NCBI GenBank assembly: GCA_044339635.1
Contig: JBIIVD010000003.1
Coordinates: 24,278-88,277, forward strand
DNA length: 64,000 bases
Origin: Steroidobacteraceae bacterium
GTDB taxonomy: Bacteria > Pseudomonadota > Gammaproteobacteria > Steroidobacterales > Steroidobacteraceae
Reading direction: 5' to 3'
Below are positions 9,679-18,864 of this stretch, one piece after another (the first letter of the stretch is position 1; each line of letters starts with the position of its first letter). The translations under genes and the position numbers were made by a program. Under the pieces are notes generated by a model. That model was not told the DNA's origin and ran no database searches. It saw only the letters and a list, made by a program, of their open reading frames with translations.

Positions 9679-9703
9679 GTCGCGACGATGATAGCCTGCG
9701 CCC

Positions 9704-11350
9704 ATGTCACCCGCCGACGCCGACCGCCGCCTCGATCGGACCCTGCGCGACCTTGCGCAGACCGCCTTCGAGGCCGAGGTGATGGCGGACCTGCCGGTGG
9801 ATCCGCGCGAGGATGCCGAGCCGCGGCTGGTGCCCGGTGTCGCGGTCAGCCGGGTGCAGCCGACGCCGGTCGCGGCGCCTCGGCTGCTCGCGTGGTCGGA
9901 GTCCCTCGGCGCCGCGCTCGGGCTCGCGGCGCCTGCGCCGCAGAGCGGCGCGCTCGCGATCCTCGCGGGCAACGCGCTCGCGCCGGGGATGCGGCCCTAC
10001 GCCGCGCGCTACGGCGGGCACCAGTTCGGCCATTGGGCAGGGCAGCTCGGCGACGGGCGCGCGATCACGCTCGGCGAACTGCGGCTGCCGGAGGCGTCCT
10101 GTGCGGACGGTCCCGTGGTCGAGCTGCAGCTCAAGGGCGCGGGTCTCACGCCGTATTCGCGCCATGCGGACGGCCGCGCGGTGCTGCGCTCGAGCCTGCG
10201 CGAGTTCCTCTGCAGCGAGGCCATGCATGCGCTCGGCGTCCCCACCACGCGCGCGCTGAGCCTGGTCGCCACGGGTGAGAGCGTGGTGCGCGACATGTTC
10301 TACGACGGCAACGCGCGCGCCGAGCCCGGTGCCATCGTCTGCCGGGTCGCGCCGACCTTCCTGCGTTTCGGCAACTTCGAGATCCACGCGGCCGCGGACG
10401 AGCCGGCGCTGCTACGGCGCTTGTTCGACCACGCGCTGCGACGGCACTTCCCGCACCTCGACGCGGCCGATCCCGCTGCCCCCTATCTCTGGCTGACGGA
10501 GGTCTGCGAGCGGACGGCCGTGATGGTCGCGCACTGGATGCGGGTCGGCTTCGTGCACGGGGTGATGAACACCGACAACATGTCGATCTTGGGCCGTACG
10601 CTCGACTACGGTCCCTACGGGTTCCTCGAGGGCTACGATCCCGAGTGGACGCCGAACACCACCGATGCCGCCGGCCGGCGTTACGCCTATGGCCAACAGC
10701 CGCAGGTGGCGTTGTGGAACCTCGCCCGTCTCGCGGCTGCCTTGCGTCCGCTCGTGGGCGGGCCGTCGCCGGAGAGCGACCGTGGATTGCAGGCGGCGTT
10801 GGAACATTACCGCGACGTGTTCGGCCGGACGCATCGGAGCCTGCTTGCGGCGAAGCTGGGCCTCGCGTCCCTCGACGGGACGGACGACGGCGGCCTCGTC
10901 GAAGAACTCTTCGGCTTGCTCGCATCGGCCGAGACCGATATGCCGATCTTCTTCCGTCAACTGGCGACGCTTGTCGATGGCGCGGACAGCACGCCGTTGG
11001 CCGTGGTCCACGCTGCGCTCTACGACGACGCGGCGCTCGATGCGGGACTCGCGGCGCGCTGGCAGGCGTGGTTCGCGCGTTGGCGGGCGCGCCTCGCGTC
11101 CGACGCGGCGCCCGCCGCCGCGGTGGTCGCGCGCATGGACGCCGCCAACCCGCTCTACCTGCCGCGCAATTATCTGGCGCAGCAGGCGATCGACGCGGCG
11201 GAGCAGGGTGACGTCGCGCCCTTGCACGCTCTCTTGCGCGTGCTGCAACGTCCCTACGACGCGCAGCCAGGATGCGAAGCCTATGCCGCGCGTCGTCCGG
11301 AGTGGGCGCGGCGTCGACCCGGATGCTCGGCGCTCTCCTGCAGTTCCTGA
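9704..11350 (+). CDS. selO: Protein adenylyltransferase (AMPylase) SelO / YdiU family
   Basis: 548 aa. Characteristic SelO stretches YGGHQFGHWAGQLGDGRAITLGE, LQLKGAG.TPYSR..DGRAVLRSSLREFLCSEAM and HGVMNTDNMSILG.TLDYGPYGF. Confidence 0.9.
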   Translation: MSPADADRRLDRTLRDLAQTAFEAEVMADLPVDPREDAEPRLVPGVAVSRVQPTPVAAPRLLAWSESLGAALGLAAPAPQSGALAILAGNALAPGMRPYAARYGGHQFGHWAGQLGDGRAITLGELRLPEASCADGPVVELQLKGAGLTPYSRHADGRAVLRSSLREFLCSEAMHALGVPTTRALSLVATGESVVRDMFYDGNARAEPGAIVCRVAPTFLRFGNFEIHAAADEPALLRRLFDHALRRHFPHLDAADPAAPYLWLTEVCERTAVMVAHWMRVGFVHGVMNTDNMSILGRTLDYGPYGFLEGYDPEWTPNTTDAAGRRYAYGQQPQVALWNLARLAAALRPLVGGPSPESDRGLQAALEHYRDVFGRTHRSLLAAKLGLASLDGTDDGGLVEELFGLLASAETDMPIFFRQLATLVDGADSTPLAVVHAALYDDAALDAGLAARWQAWFARWRARLASDAAPAAAVVARMDAANPLYLPRNYLAQQAIDAAEQGDVAPLHALLRVLQRPYDAQPGCEAYAARRPEWARRRPGCSALSCSS

Positions 11351-11422
11351 GCGTCCACTATGCGGTGGCCCTGCTTTACCGGCGATTGACGCATGCCGAG
11401 GGCGTGGGTAAAGTCCCGCCCG

Positions 11423-11618
11423 TTGGTGAGGTGCCCGCATCGGAATCCTTTCGATGCGGGTGAAACGGGAAGCCGGTGCGCAGCGTCACGCTGCTATTCC
11501 GGCACTGCCCCCGCAACGGTAAGCGAGGCAGGGCGACATCCCAAGCCACTGCAGCCCTCGGGCTGTGGGAAGGCGTCGCCCGGTGCCAGTCACCCTCGCA
11601 AGTCCGGAGACCGGCCTC
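11423..11618 (+). promoter_or_regulatory. Cobalamin (B12) riboswitch
   Basis: Conserved core elements occur in the right order: a 9-bp hairpin cccgcatcg/cgatgcggg, then GAAACGGGAAGCCGGTG, TCCGGCACTGCCCCCGCAACGGTAAG, GCCACTG...GGGAAGGC, and a B12 box AGTCCGGAGACCGGCC at 11601-11616. It lies directly 5' of a BtuB-type receptor gene. Confidence 0.8.
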
Positions 11619-11665
11619 CCATTCAGCCATGTCGCGCACGGGTGGATTGCGCGGGGAGGTCGTCG

Positions 11666-13543
11666 ATGTCTGCTATCCGTCCATTTTTCCGTGCATCCGT
11701 GTTTTCCATCGGGGCGTGGGTCGCTGTCGCGTCGTCGACGGCGTTCTCCAAGTCGCCGGCCGACGTCGAGCCGTCGGCCGATGCCGAAGCGCCGGTCATC
11801 GTCACCGCATCGCGTCTCCCCGAGTCGCTGGAAGACACCTTGTCGTCGGTCACCGTCATCGAGCGTGCCGACATCGAGCGCGCCCAGGCGCGGACCCTCG
11901 ATGAACTGCTCGCCGGCGTGGAGGGGGTCTCGCTCGCTCGTCAGGGTGGCGTCGGGCAGCCGACCTCGCTTTACCTGCGCGGTGGCGAATCGGACCACGT
12001 GCTGTGGCTCGTCGATGGGATCCGCATCGGTTCGGTCACCACCGGCATCCCGGTCATCCAGGACCTGCCGCTCGACACCATCGAGCGCATCGAGATCGTC
12101 CGCGGGCCGCGCTCGAGCCTTTACGGGCCTGACGCCATGGGCGGGGTCATCCAGATCTTCACGCGCCGCGGTGGCGGCAGTCCGCCCTCGGCGCGCCTGA
12201 CGGGCGGCTCGAACGGCACCGCGCAGGCCGCTGCATCCCTCGGGTTCGGGGACGCCTCCCGCTGGGTCGACCTGCAGGGGTCTCACCTGCGTACGGACGG
12301 CGTGAACGCCTGCCTCGGCCGGCCCTTCCCGCCGGGTGGCGGGTGCTTCACCTCGGAGCCCGATCGAGATCCCTACCGCAATACCAGCGTCAACCTGCGC
12401 GGCGGTGTCCGCACGGACGGCGGCAGCGAATTCCAGGCCTTTCTGCAGCGCAGCGAGGCCGAGGTCGCCTTCGACAGTTCCTTCCTCAACGAGTCCGACC
12501 TCGTGAACCAAGTGGCCGGCCTCAAGTGGGTCGCGACGCCGCGTGCGGGCTGGCGATCGACGCTGCAGGCGGGCCGTTCCTGGGACGAGTCGACGAGCTT
12601 CCGTGCGGGAGGCAGTTTCACCAGCACCTTCGATTCGCAGCGTGACAGCGCCTCGTGGCAGAACGACCTGCGTCTCGGTGGTGATGACCTCGTGCTCGGC
12701 CTCGATTGGTTGCGCGACCGGGTGTCGAGCGATATCGGATACACCCGCACATCGCGCAGCAACCGCGCGGCGTTCGCGCAGTGGTCCCGGCGCAGTGGCG
12801 GGATCGATGCAGCCCTCGCGCTGCGCCACGACGACAACGAGCAGTTCGGCACACACACCACCGGCAGTCTCGCGTTCGGTTGGCGTTTGCCGTCCGGACT
12901 GCACGCGCACGCCAGTTACGGCACGGCCTTCAAGGCGCCGTCCTTCAACGAACTCTATTACCCCGGATTCAGCAACCCGGACCTGCGGCCCGAAGAAGCG
13001 AAGACCGCTGAGCTCGGCGTGCGTGGCACGGCGGCCGGTGTGCGCTGGAACCTCACGGCCTACCGCAGCGACATCGACCAATTGGTCGCCTTCGATGTCG
13101 CGACCTTCCTGCCGCAGAACATCGCCCGCGCGCAGCTCACGGGCGTCGAGGGCGGTGCCACATGGCAGCGCGGCGCGTGGCGGCTCGAGCAGACGCTGTC
13201 TTGGCTCGAAGCCGAGGACCAGGGCGCGGGAGCGACCCGTGGCCGCGCGTTGCCGCGGCGTCCGGAGTGGTCCGGGCGTAGCACGCTCGGGTGGCGCGGG
13301 GGACGCGCCGATCTCGCGGCGAGTGTGCAGTTCGCCGGACGGCGGTATGATGACTTGGCGAACACGCGCGAGTTGGGCGGGTACGCCGTGGTCGACCTGA
13401 CCGCCGAGTGGCAGCTCAACCCGAGCGTCACCCTGCAGGGGCGGTTGGCCAACGCATTCGATCGCCGTTACGAGACGGCGACGTTGTACCCGGCGATGGG
13501 CCGGGAAGTGTTCCTGACGGTGCGCTACGGTGCGCGTCGTTGA
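11666..13543 (+). CDS. btuB: TonB-dependent vitamin B12 receptor (BtuB-like)
   Basis: 625 aa from ATG 11666, with SD GGGAGG at 11654-11659. Signal peptide, TonB-box-like PVIVTASR, plug domain (VTVIERADIE...SLYLRGGESDHVLWLVDGIRIGS) and a C-terminal barrel ending ...FLTVRYGARR. Preceded by a cobalamin riboswitch. Confidence 0.85.
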   Translation: MSAIRPFFRASVFSIGAWVAVASSTAFSKSPADVEPSADAEAPVIVTASRLPESLEDTLSSVTVIERADIERAQARTLDELLAGVEGVSLARQGGVGQPTSLYLRGGESDHVLWLVDGIRIGSVTTGIPVIQDLPLDTIERIEIVRGPRSSLYGPDAMGGVIQIFTRRGGGSPPSARLTGGSNGTAQAAASLGFGDASRWVDLQGSHLRTDGVNACLGRPFPPGGGCFTSEPDRDPYRNTSVNLRGGVRTDGGSEFQAFLQRSEAEVAFDSSFLNESDLVNQVAGLKWVATPRAGWRSTLQAGRSWDESTSFRAGGSFTSTFDSQRDSASWQNDLRLGGDDLVLGLDWLRDRVSSDIGYTRTSRSNRAAFAQWSRRSGGIDAALALRHDDNEQFGTHTTGSLAFGWRLPSGLHAHASYGTAFKAPSFNELYYPGFSNPDLRPEEAKTAELGVRGTAAGVRWNLTAYRSDIDQLVAFDVATFLPQNIARAQLTGVEGGATWQRGAWRLEQTLSWLEAEDQGAGATRGRALPRRPEWSGRSTLGWRGGRADLAASVQFAGRRYDDLANTRELGGYAVVDLTAEWQLNPSVTLQGRLANAFDRRYETATLYPAMGREVFLTVRYGARR

Positions 13544-13577
13544 GGCTTACGGGACGAACAGAGGGAGTCAGACTACG

Positions 13578-14129
13578 ATGATCCGAAACGACAAGAATTT
13601 CTGGCTGGTGGCGCTCGCGCTGGCCGTGGTGATGTTCGCGACCCGTCTGGGTCATTTCGGCGAGTACGGCGGTCCGCCGGACGCGTCGTGGGCGGTGTTC
13701 TTCCTGGCCGGCCTCTGGCTGCGCATGCCGCGGCTGTTCCCCGCGTTCTTCGCCTTGGGCTGGGTCGCGGATCTCGCGGCTTTCGCGCTCGGCACGCCGA
13801 ACCTCTGCTACTCGCCCGCCTACCTGTTCCTGATCCCGGCCTACGGCGCGCTGTGGATGGCGGGCCATTGGGTCGCGCGCCGCGCCGAAGGGCAGCTCGC
13901 GCGTACGGTGCTCGCGGTGCCGGTGGCCGCGCTCGTCGCCTTCGTGGTCGCCAACCTCGGCATGTACCTGCTCGCGCCGTCGCCGACCGCCACGGGGCTC
14001 GCGGATTTCGCCGCGCAGGTCTCGGGTTGGTTCCCGGGATACTTGCTGACGATGGCGACCTACGTGTCGGTCGGCCTGTTGGGCGCGGCGCTCTGGTCGC
14101 TGCGCCGCGCGGATCTCGCCTCGCGCTGA
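13578..14129 (+). CDS. Small 6-TM inner-membrane protein, probably co-transcribed with btuB; candidate BtuM-type B12 transporter (functional call tentative)
   Basis: 183 aa from ATG 13578, with GAGGGAG upstream, 34 nt after the btuB stop. About six hydrophobic helices. A single cysteine (C77, in ...GTPNLCYSPAY...). No family recognised with certainty. Confidence 0.6.
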   Translation: MIRNDKNFWLVALALAVVMFATRLGHFGEYGGPPDASWAVFFLAGLWLRMPRLFPAFFALGWVADLAAFALGTPNLCYSPAYLFLIPAYGALWMAGHWVARRAEGQLARTVLAVPVAALVAFVVANLGMYLLAPSPTATGLADFAAQVSGWFPGYLLTMATYVSVGLLGAALWSLRRADLASR

Positions 14130-14149
14130 TACCGTCGTCCAAATGAAGA

Positions 14150-14195
14150 GGCCCGGGCGTCACGCCGCGAAGGCATGAGGCCCGGGCCTTTTTTT
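14150..14195 (+). terminator. Rho-independent terminator-like hairpin with a T7 run (may also serve the convergent minus-strand gene)
   Basis: ggcccgggc (14150-14158) can pair with gcccgggcc (14180-14188) and is followed by ttttttt (14189-14195). The loop is long (about 21 nt), so the confidence is moderate. Confidence 0.5.
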
Positions 14196-14205
14196 CAGCC
14201 GGTCG

Positions 14206-14910
14206 TCACCAGGGCAGCGTGGTCGCTACCGAGAAGTGCACCTTGCCTTCCGACGTGAACACGTCGCCCGGCGTCCCGTCGGTCGCCTTCAGGTCGCTGC
14301 CGTCGATCCACTTCAACGCCAGCGCGAAGTTCCCGAGGGACTTCGTCACGCCGATCGACCAGTCGAGGTAGCCGCCGTCGTAGGTCGCGTCCCAGTAGTC
14401 GCCATCGCTGTATCCGGCATGCAGCGCGAGGCCGAAATCCTTGGGCAGCGGGATGCTGGCGTTGCCTTCGAGGTACGTGGCGCTCTTGCCCGAGTTGCTG
14501 AAATCGTCGGCGTACCAGAGCTTGGCGGAGACCGCCTTGTAGGAGACGCCGGCATAGAACTCGCCGAACTGCAGCTTGTCGCCGCTCGGCTCGAAGTTGT
14601 ACTGGACGTAGCCGATGTCGAAACCGCCGTCCTCGCCGATCGATCCGCGGTAGCCGCCGAGCAGGTCCCATTCGAAATCGGCCTTGGTGCCGTCGCCGAA
14701 GTCGACGTTGCTGACCCAGGTGCCGAGGTAGAAGCCGGATTCGCTCGACCAGTCGAGGCTCGCCTGCAGGGCAGGATCGCGGGCGGTCTGGGTGATGCCG
14801 CGGAAGTCATAGTCCGATGCCAGCGTGATCGTCGAGCTGACTTCGGCCTGCGCGGCCGAGACCGATCCGATGGTCAAGGCGAGCGCGGCGAAGCGGGCGG
14901 AGTGTTTCAT
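14206..14910 (-). CDS. TIGR02001-family (Gcw_chp) outer-membrane beta-barrel protein
   Basis: 234 aa from ATG 14910. Signal peptide MKHSARFAALALTIGSVSAAQA. Family-typical TLASDYDFRGITQT...ASLDW....GFYLGTWVSNVDF. C-terminal aromatic residue (...TTLPW). Confidence 0.8.
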   Translation of the reverse strand: MKHSARFAALALTIGSVSAAQAEVSSTITLASDYDFRGITQTARDPALQASLDWSSESGFYLGTWVSNVDFGDGTKADFEWDLLGGYRGSIGEDGGFDIGYVQYNFEPSGDKLQFGEFYAGVSYKAVSAKLWYADDFSNSGKSATYLEGNASIPLPKDFGLALHAGYSDGDYWDATYDGGYLDWSIGVTKSLGNFALALKWIDGSDLKATDGTPGDVFTSEGKVHFSVATTLPW

Positions 14911-15087
14911 GAAGCGTCCTCTGAGGTGGGTTGTCCGCGTTGAGGGGAGCAAGCGTCGTGCCAACGGTTTTGGGGCGTCAGACCGCGCTCAAACTCCCAT
15001 TCTACCGACATTCGCGCACCGTGTTGGTGCATCCCCTGCGCGGCACGCCGGACGGCGGTGCATCGGGCGCTGCTAGACTGGCGCGGC

Positions 15088-16569
15088 ATGGACGCTTCCC
15101 TTGGACACGCGGACCTCGGATCCGCAACCCGCGCTTTCGACGCGCCGGTGGCTTTCGTCGACGTCGAGACCACCGGTGGCCACCCGGCCTGGCATCGCGT
15201 CACCGAAGTCGCGGTGGTCGGCATGCGCGGCGGGGAGGTCGAGTGGGAATGGAGCAGCTTGGTCAACCCCGGCAGCGGCATCCCGCCGTCGATCCAGCGC
15301 CTGACCGGCATCTCGGACGAGATGGTCGCCGACGCGCCGCCGTTCGAGGCCATCGCACCGGAACTCGAATCGCGTCTGGCGGGTCGCCGCTTCGTCGCGC
15401 ACAACGTGCGCTTCGATTATGGCTTCCTGCGTGCGGAGTTCCGCCGGGCCGGCCGCTCGTTCCAGGCGCCGCTCGCCTGCACGGTGCGATTGTCGCGTGA
15501 GCTCTACCCGGACGACGCACGCCACAACCTCGACGCGCTGATCGCGCGCCATGGGCTGTCCTGCGGTTCCCGGCACCGGGCGCTGCCGGACGCGCAGGTC
15601 CTCGCGCAGCTCTGGCGTGTCTGGCGCGACGCGTGGCCCGACGAGGTGTTGCGGACCGCGCTCGAGCGGGTCGGGCGGCGGCCGTCCTTGCCCTCGCAGC
15701 TGCCCCCCGAACTGGTGGACGACCTGCCGGAGGCCTGCGGGGTCTATCGGTTCATCGGCGAGGGTGATGCCTTGCTCTACGTCGGCAAGGCCAAGAACCT
15801 GCGCGAACGCGTGCTCGGCCACTTCGGTTCGGCCACCCGTGATGCCAAGTCGCAGCGCCTTGCCATGCAGCTGCGGCGCATCGAGTGGACCGAGACCGCG
15901 GGCGAACTCGGGGCGCTGCTGCTCGAGGCGCGTCTGGTCCGCGAACTGCAGCCGGTCTACAACCGACGCCTGCGCGGCGGCGAGCGTTGGACCTGGGCGT
16001 TCGCCGACGACGCCAGCGCACCCGAGCTGACCGCGCTCGATGGGCCGTTGCCGGATGTCGATGCGTTCGGTCTCTATGCGACGCCCCGTCAGGCGCGCAA
16101 CGCGCTCACCAAGATCGCGCGGGAGGCGCGCCTGTGCCTCCGGTCGCTCGGCCTCGAGAGCGGCGGGGAGGGTTCCTGCTTCGGACTGCAGCTCGGCCGT
16201 TGCGCGGGTGCCTGCGTCGGCGCCGAGAGCCCGGCCAAGCACCTGTTGCGCGCCAAGCTCGCACTCGCGCCGCACAAGCTGCGCGCGTGGCCGTTCGAGG
16301 GCGCCGTGGCGCTCGAGGAGACGGGCGCGCTCGGGCTCCGGCAATGGCACGTCATCGACGGCTGGCAGTATCTCGGGTCGGTGCAGCCGGAAGATCCGGG
16401 CGCGATCGCGCCGGCGGCGAGCGCCGCGTCCGGCGCATTCGACGCCGACGTGTACCGCATCCTGGTGCGTCACCTGGCGCGCACCCGCAAGGGGCTGCAT
16501 CCTTGGCCGCCCCGGCGCGGCGCCGCGCGTGCAGGGACCGTCGAGGCCGCGGGAGAATTCGATGTCTGA
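15088..16569 (+). CDS. DnaQ-like 3'-5' exonuclease fused to a GIY-YIG (UvrC-N/Cho-like) nuclease domain
   Basis: Exo I motif FVDVETTG, Exo II HNVRFD and Exo III H.ALPDA in the N-terminal half. GIY-YIG CGVYRFIGEGDALLYVGKAKNLRERV...R...E in the second half. The start is uncertain (ATG 15088 or 15058). Confidence 0.8.
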   Translation: MDASLGHADLGSATRAFDAPVAFVDVETTGGHPAWHRVTEVAVVGMRGGEVEWEWSSLVNPGSGIPPSIQRLTGISDEMVADAPPFEAIAPELESRLAGRRFVAHNVRFDYGFLRAEFRRAGRSFQAPLACTVRLSRELYPDDARHNLDALIARHGLSCGSRHRALPDAQVLAQLWRVWRDAWPDEVLRTALERVGRRPSLPSQLPPELVDDLPEACGVYRFIGEGDALLYVGKAKNLRERVLGHFGSATRDAKSQRLAMQLRRIEWTETAGELGALLLEARLVRELQPVYNRRLRGGERWTWAFADDASAPELTALDGPLPDVDAFGLYATPRQARNALTKIAREARLCLRSLGLESGGEGSCFGLQLGRCAGACVGAESPAKHLLRAKLALAPHKLRAWPFEGAVALEETGALGLRQWHVIDGWQYLGSVQPEDPGAIAPAASAASGAFDADVYRILVRHLARTRKGLHPWPPRRGAARAGTVEAAGEFDV

Positions 16570-18832
16570 GCTGCGCCAGTTCCTCGCCAGCGTGCCGCGC
16601 GGGTTCGGCGACCTGCTCGCGCGCGAGCTCGTGGGCTTCGGTGCGTCCGATGTCCGCGAGCGCGGCAATGCGGTCGCGTTCACGGGGTCGCTGGAGGTCG
16701 CCTACCGCGCCTGTCTCGGATCCTGGGTCGCAGCGCGGGTGTTCCTCGAGATCGCGCGCTTCGAGGCCGCGGACGATGCCGCGATCTACGCCGCGCTGCG
16801 TGCCATCGATTGGCGGGCGCAGGTCGATCCGTCGGGCACGCTCGCCTGCGAGTGGAGCGGACGGCACCCGGTCGTCACGAACACCCACTACGGCACGTTG
16901 CGTCTCAAGGATGCCATCTGCGACAGCCTGCGCGAGCGGACCGGCCGACGTCCCGACATCGCGACCGGTTCGCCGGGCGTGCGCATCCATGCCCATGCCG
17001 TCGGCACCAAGGTCACCGTGTCGGTCGACCTCGCGGGCGAGGGTTTGCACCGCCGCGGTTGGCGCGGCGATACGGGCGAGGCGCCCGTGCGCGAGAACGT
17101 GGCGGCGGGCGTGCTGTTGCGCGCCGGCTGGCCGGCGCTCGCCGCCGAGGGCGCCGCTTTCCTCGACCCGATGTGCGGATCGGGCACCTTCGTCATCGAA
17201 GCGGCGCGCATGGCGGCCGGGTTCGCGGCCAACCACCGGCGGCGCTATTACGGGTTCCTCGGCTGGCCGGGGCACGACGCAGCGTTGTGGGAATCCTTGG
17301 TCGCTGGCGCCGAAACCCGGGCGGTGGGCGGGCTCGCGCGTTTCATCGAGGCAGGGCTGCCGCCGTTGCGTGGTCGCGACCTTGATATGCGGGTGCTGCG
17401 CGATGCCCGGGTGAACGCCGCGCACGCCGGGGTCGCGGAGATCGTCCGTTTCGATCCGGGGGCGCTCGGCGAGGCGCGGCCCGAGGGCGCGCCCCGCGGC
17501 ATGCTCTGCACCAATCCGCCCTGGGGTCTGCGGCTGGGCGATGCGGATGCGGCGCGTCGTGTCCACGCTGAGCTCGGCGCCGTGTTGCGCGAGCACTTCC
17601 AGGGTTGGCAGGCCGCAGTGCTTACCGGTGACCCCTCGCTCGGTCTCGAGCTCGGGTTGCGCGCGGAGCGCGTGCACACGGTCTGGAACGGCGCGCTCGA
17701 GTGCCGTCTGTTGCGGCTCGCGATCGACGAGAGCGCCGTCCGCGAACTGCGTCCGCGCGGCGGCGAAGGGGCGGAGCCCGGACCGCGCATCGACCCGGCG
17801 CTCGCAGCGACGCCCGGTGCGCAGATGTTCGCGAACCGCGTCCGCAAGAACCTCAAGCAGCGATCGGCGTGGCTGAAGCGCTCAGGCGTGAGCTGCCACC
17901 GGATCTATGACGCCGACATGCCGGAATACGCGTTCGCGATCGATCTTTATACCCGCGACGCCGCCGACGCCGGGGCGGCCGGCGCAGACGGGCGATGGCT
18001 CGTGGTGCAGGAATACGAGGCGCCGCACGACATCCCGGAAGATGCGGTGCGGCGTCGCCGCAGCGAGGCGTTGGCGGGGCTCGTCGAGGCGACGGGTGTC
18101 CCGCCCGCGCGGATCCGTCTGCGCACGCGGCGCCGTCACAAACGGGGCGAACAGTACGCGCGCCGGGACGGCGAGGGCGAGTCGATGGTCGTGGCCGAGG
18201 GTGGACTTCGGTTCCGCGTCAACCTCGGCGACTACCTCGACACCGGGCTGTTCCTGGACCATCGGGTCACGCGTTCGCGCCTGCGGGACGCGGCGCGCGG
18301 GACCCGGTTCCTGAACCTTTTCGCCTATACGGGCACCGCCACGGTCTATGCGGCGGCGGGCGGCGCGCGGGAGACCACCACGGTCGATCTCTCCGCCACC
18401 TATCTGGAATGGGCCCGCGCCAACCTTGCGCTGAACGGTCTGGAGGGGCCGATGCACCGGCGCGTGCAGGCGGACGTCCGCGAGTGGTTGCAGGATGCGC
18501 GCACGCGAGGGGAGCGCTACGACCTCATATTCTGCGACCCGCCGACCTTCTCCAACAGCAAACGCATGGAGGGGGTGTTCGACGTGCAGCGTGACCATGC
18601 GGCGCTCATCGACGACTGCATGGCCCTGCTCGCCCCGGACGGGCTCTTGGTGTTCTCGACCAACGCCCAGCGGTTCCGGTTGGATGCGGGTCTGCCAGAG
18701 CGGTATGCCGTGCGCGAGGTCAGCCGGGAGACCCTGCCGCCGGATTACGCACGCAACACGCATATCCACGCCTGTTTCGAGGTCCGTTGGCCGGTATTGG
18801 CCGGGCCACGGACAGGCGCTGCGGCACGCTAG
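16562..18832 (+). CDS. rlmL: Bifunctional 23S rRNA (guanine2069-N7)/(guanine2445-N2)-methyltransferase RlmKL
   Basis: 756 aa from the in-frame ATG 16562, overlapping the upstream stop as ATGTCTGA. THUMP-like N-terminus (MSELRQFLASVPRGFGDLLARELV...), first SAM-MTase (DPMCGSGT...NPPWG) and second C-terminal MTase (...DLIFCDPPTFSNSKRM...). Confidence 0.9.
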   Translation: MSELRQFLASVPRGFGDLLARELVGFGASDVRERGNAVAFTGSLEVAYRACLGSWVAARVFLEIARFEAADDAAIYAALRAIDWRAQVDPSGTLACEWSGRHPVVTNTHYGTLRLKDAICDSLRERTGRRPDIATGSPGVRIHAHAVGTKVTVSVDLAGEGLHRRGWRGDTGEAPVRENVAAGVLLRAGWPALAAEGAAFLDPMCGSGTFVIEAARMAAGFAANHRRRYYGFLGWPGHDAALWESLVAGAETRAVGGLARFIEAGLPPLRGRDLDMRVLRDARVNAAHAGVAEIVRFDPGALGEARPEGAPRGMLCTNPPWGLRLGDADAARRVHAELGAVLREHFQGWQAAVLTGDPSLGLELGLRAERVHTVWNGALECRLLRLAIDESAVRELRPRGGEGAEPGPRIDPALAATPGAQMFANRVRKNLKQRSAWLKRSGVSCHRIYDADMPEYAFAIDLYTRDAADAGAAGADGRWLVVQEYEAPHDIPEDAVRRRRSEALAGLVEATGVPPARIRLRTRRRHKRGEQYARRDGEGESMVVAEGGLRFRVNLGDYLDTGLFLDHRVTRSRLRDAARGTRFLNLFAYTGTATVYAAAGGARETTTVDLSATYLEWARANLALNGLEGPMHRRVQADVREWLQDARTRGERYDLIFCDPPTFSNSKRMEGVFDVQRDHAALIDDCMALLAPDGLLVFSTNAQRFRLDAGLPERYAVREVSRETLPPDYARNTHIHACFEVRWPVLAGPRTGAAAR

Positions 18833-18864
18833 CCGCCGTCATCCGCCCTGCGTATGGTGGGAAC

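Noticed and set aside
14911-15087. A search for an SOS (LexA) box upstream of the Cho-like exonuclease/GIY-YIG gene.
   Set aside because: I found no CTGT-N8-ACAG or TTAGTA-type palindrome by eye in this interval. I cannot exclude a lineage-specific motif.
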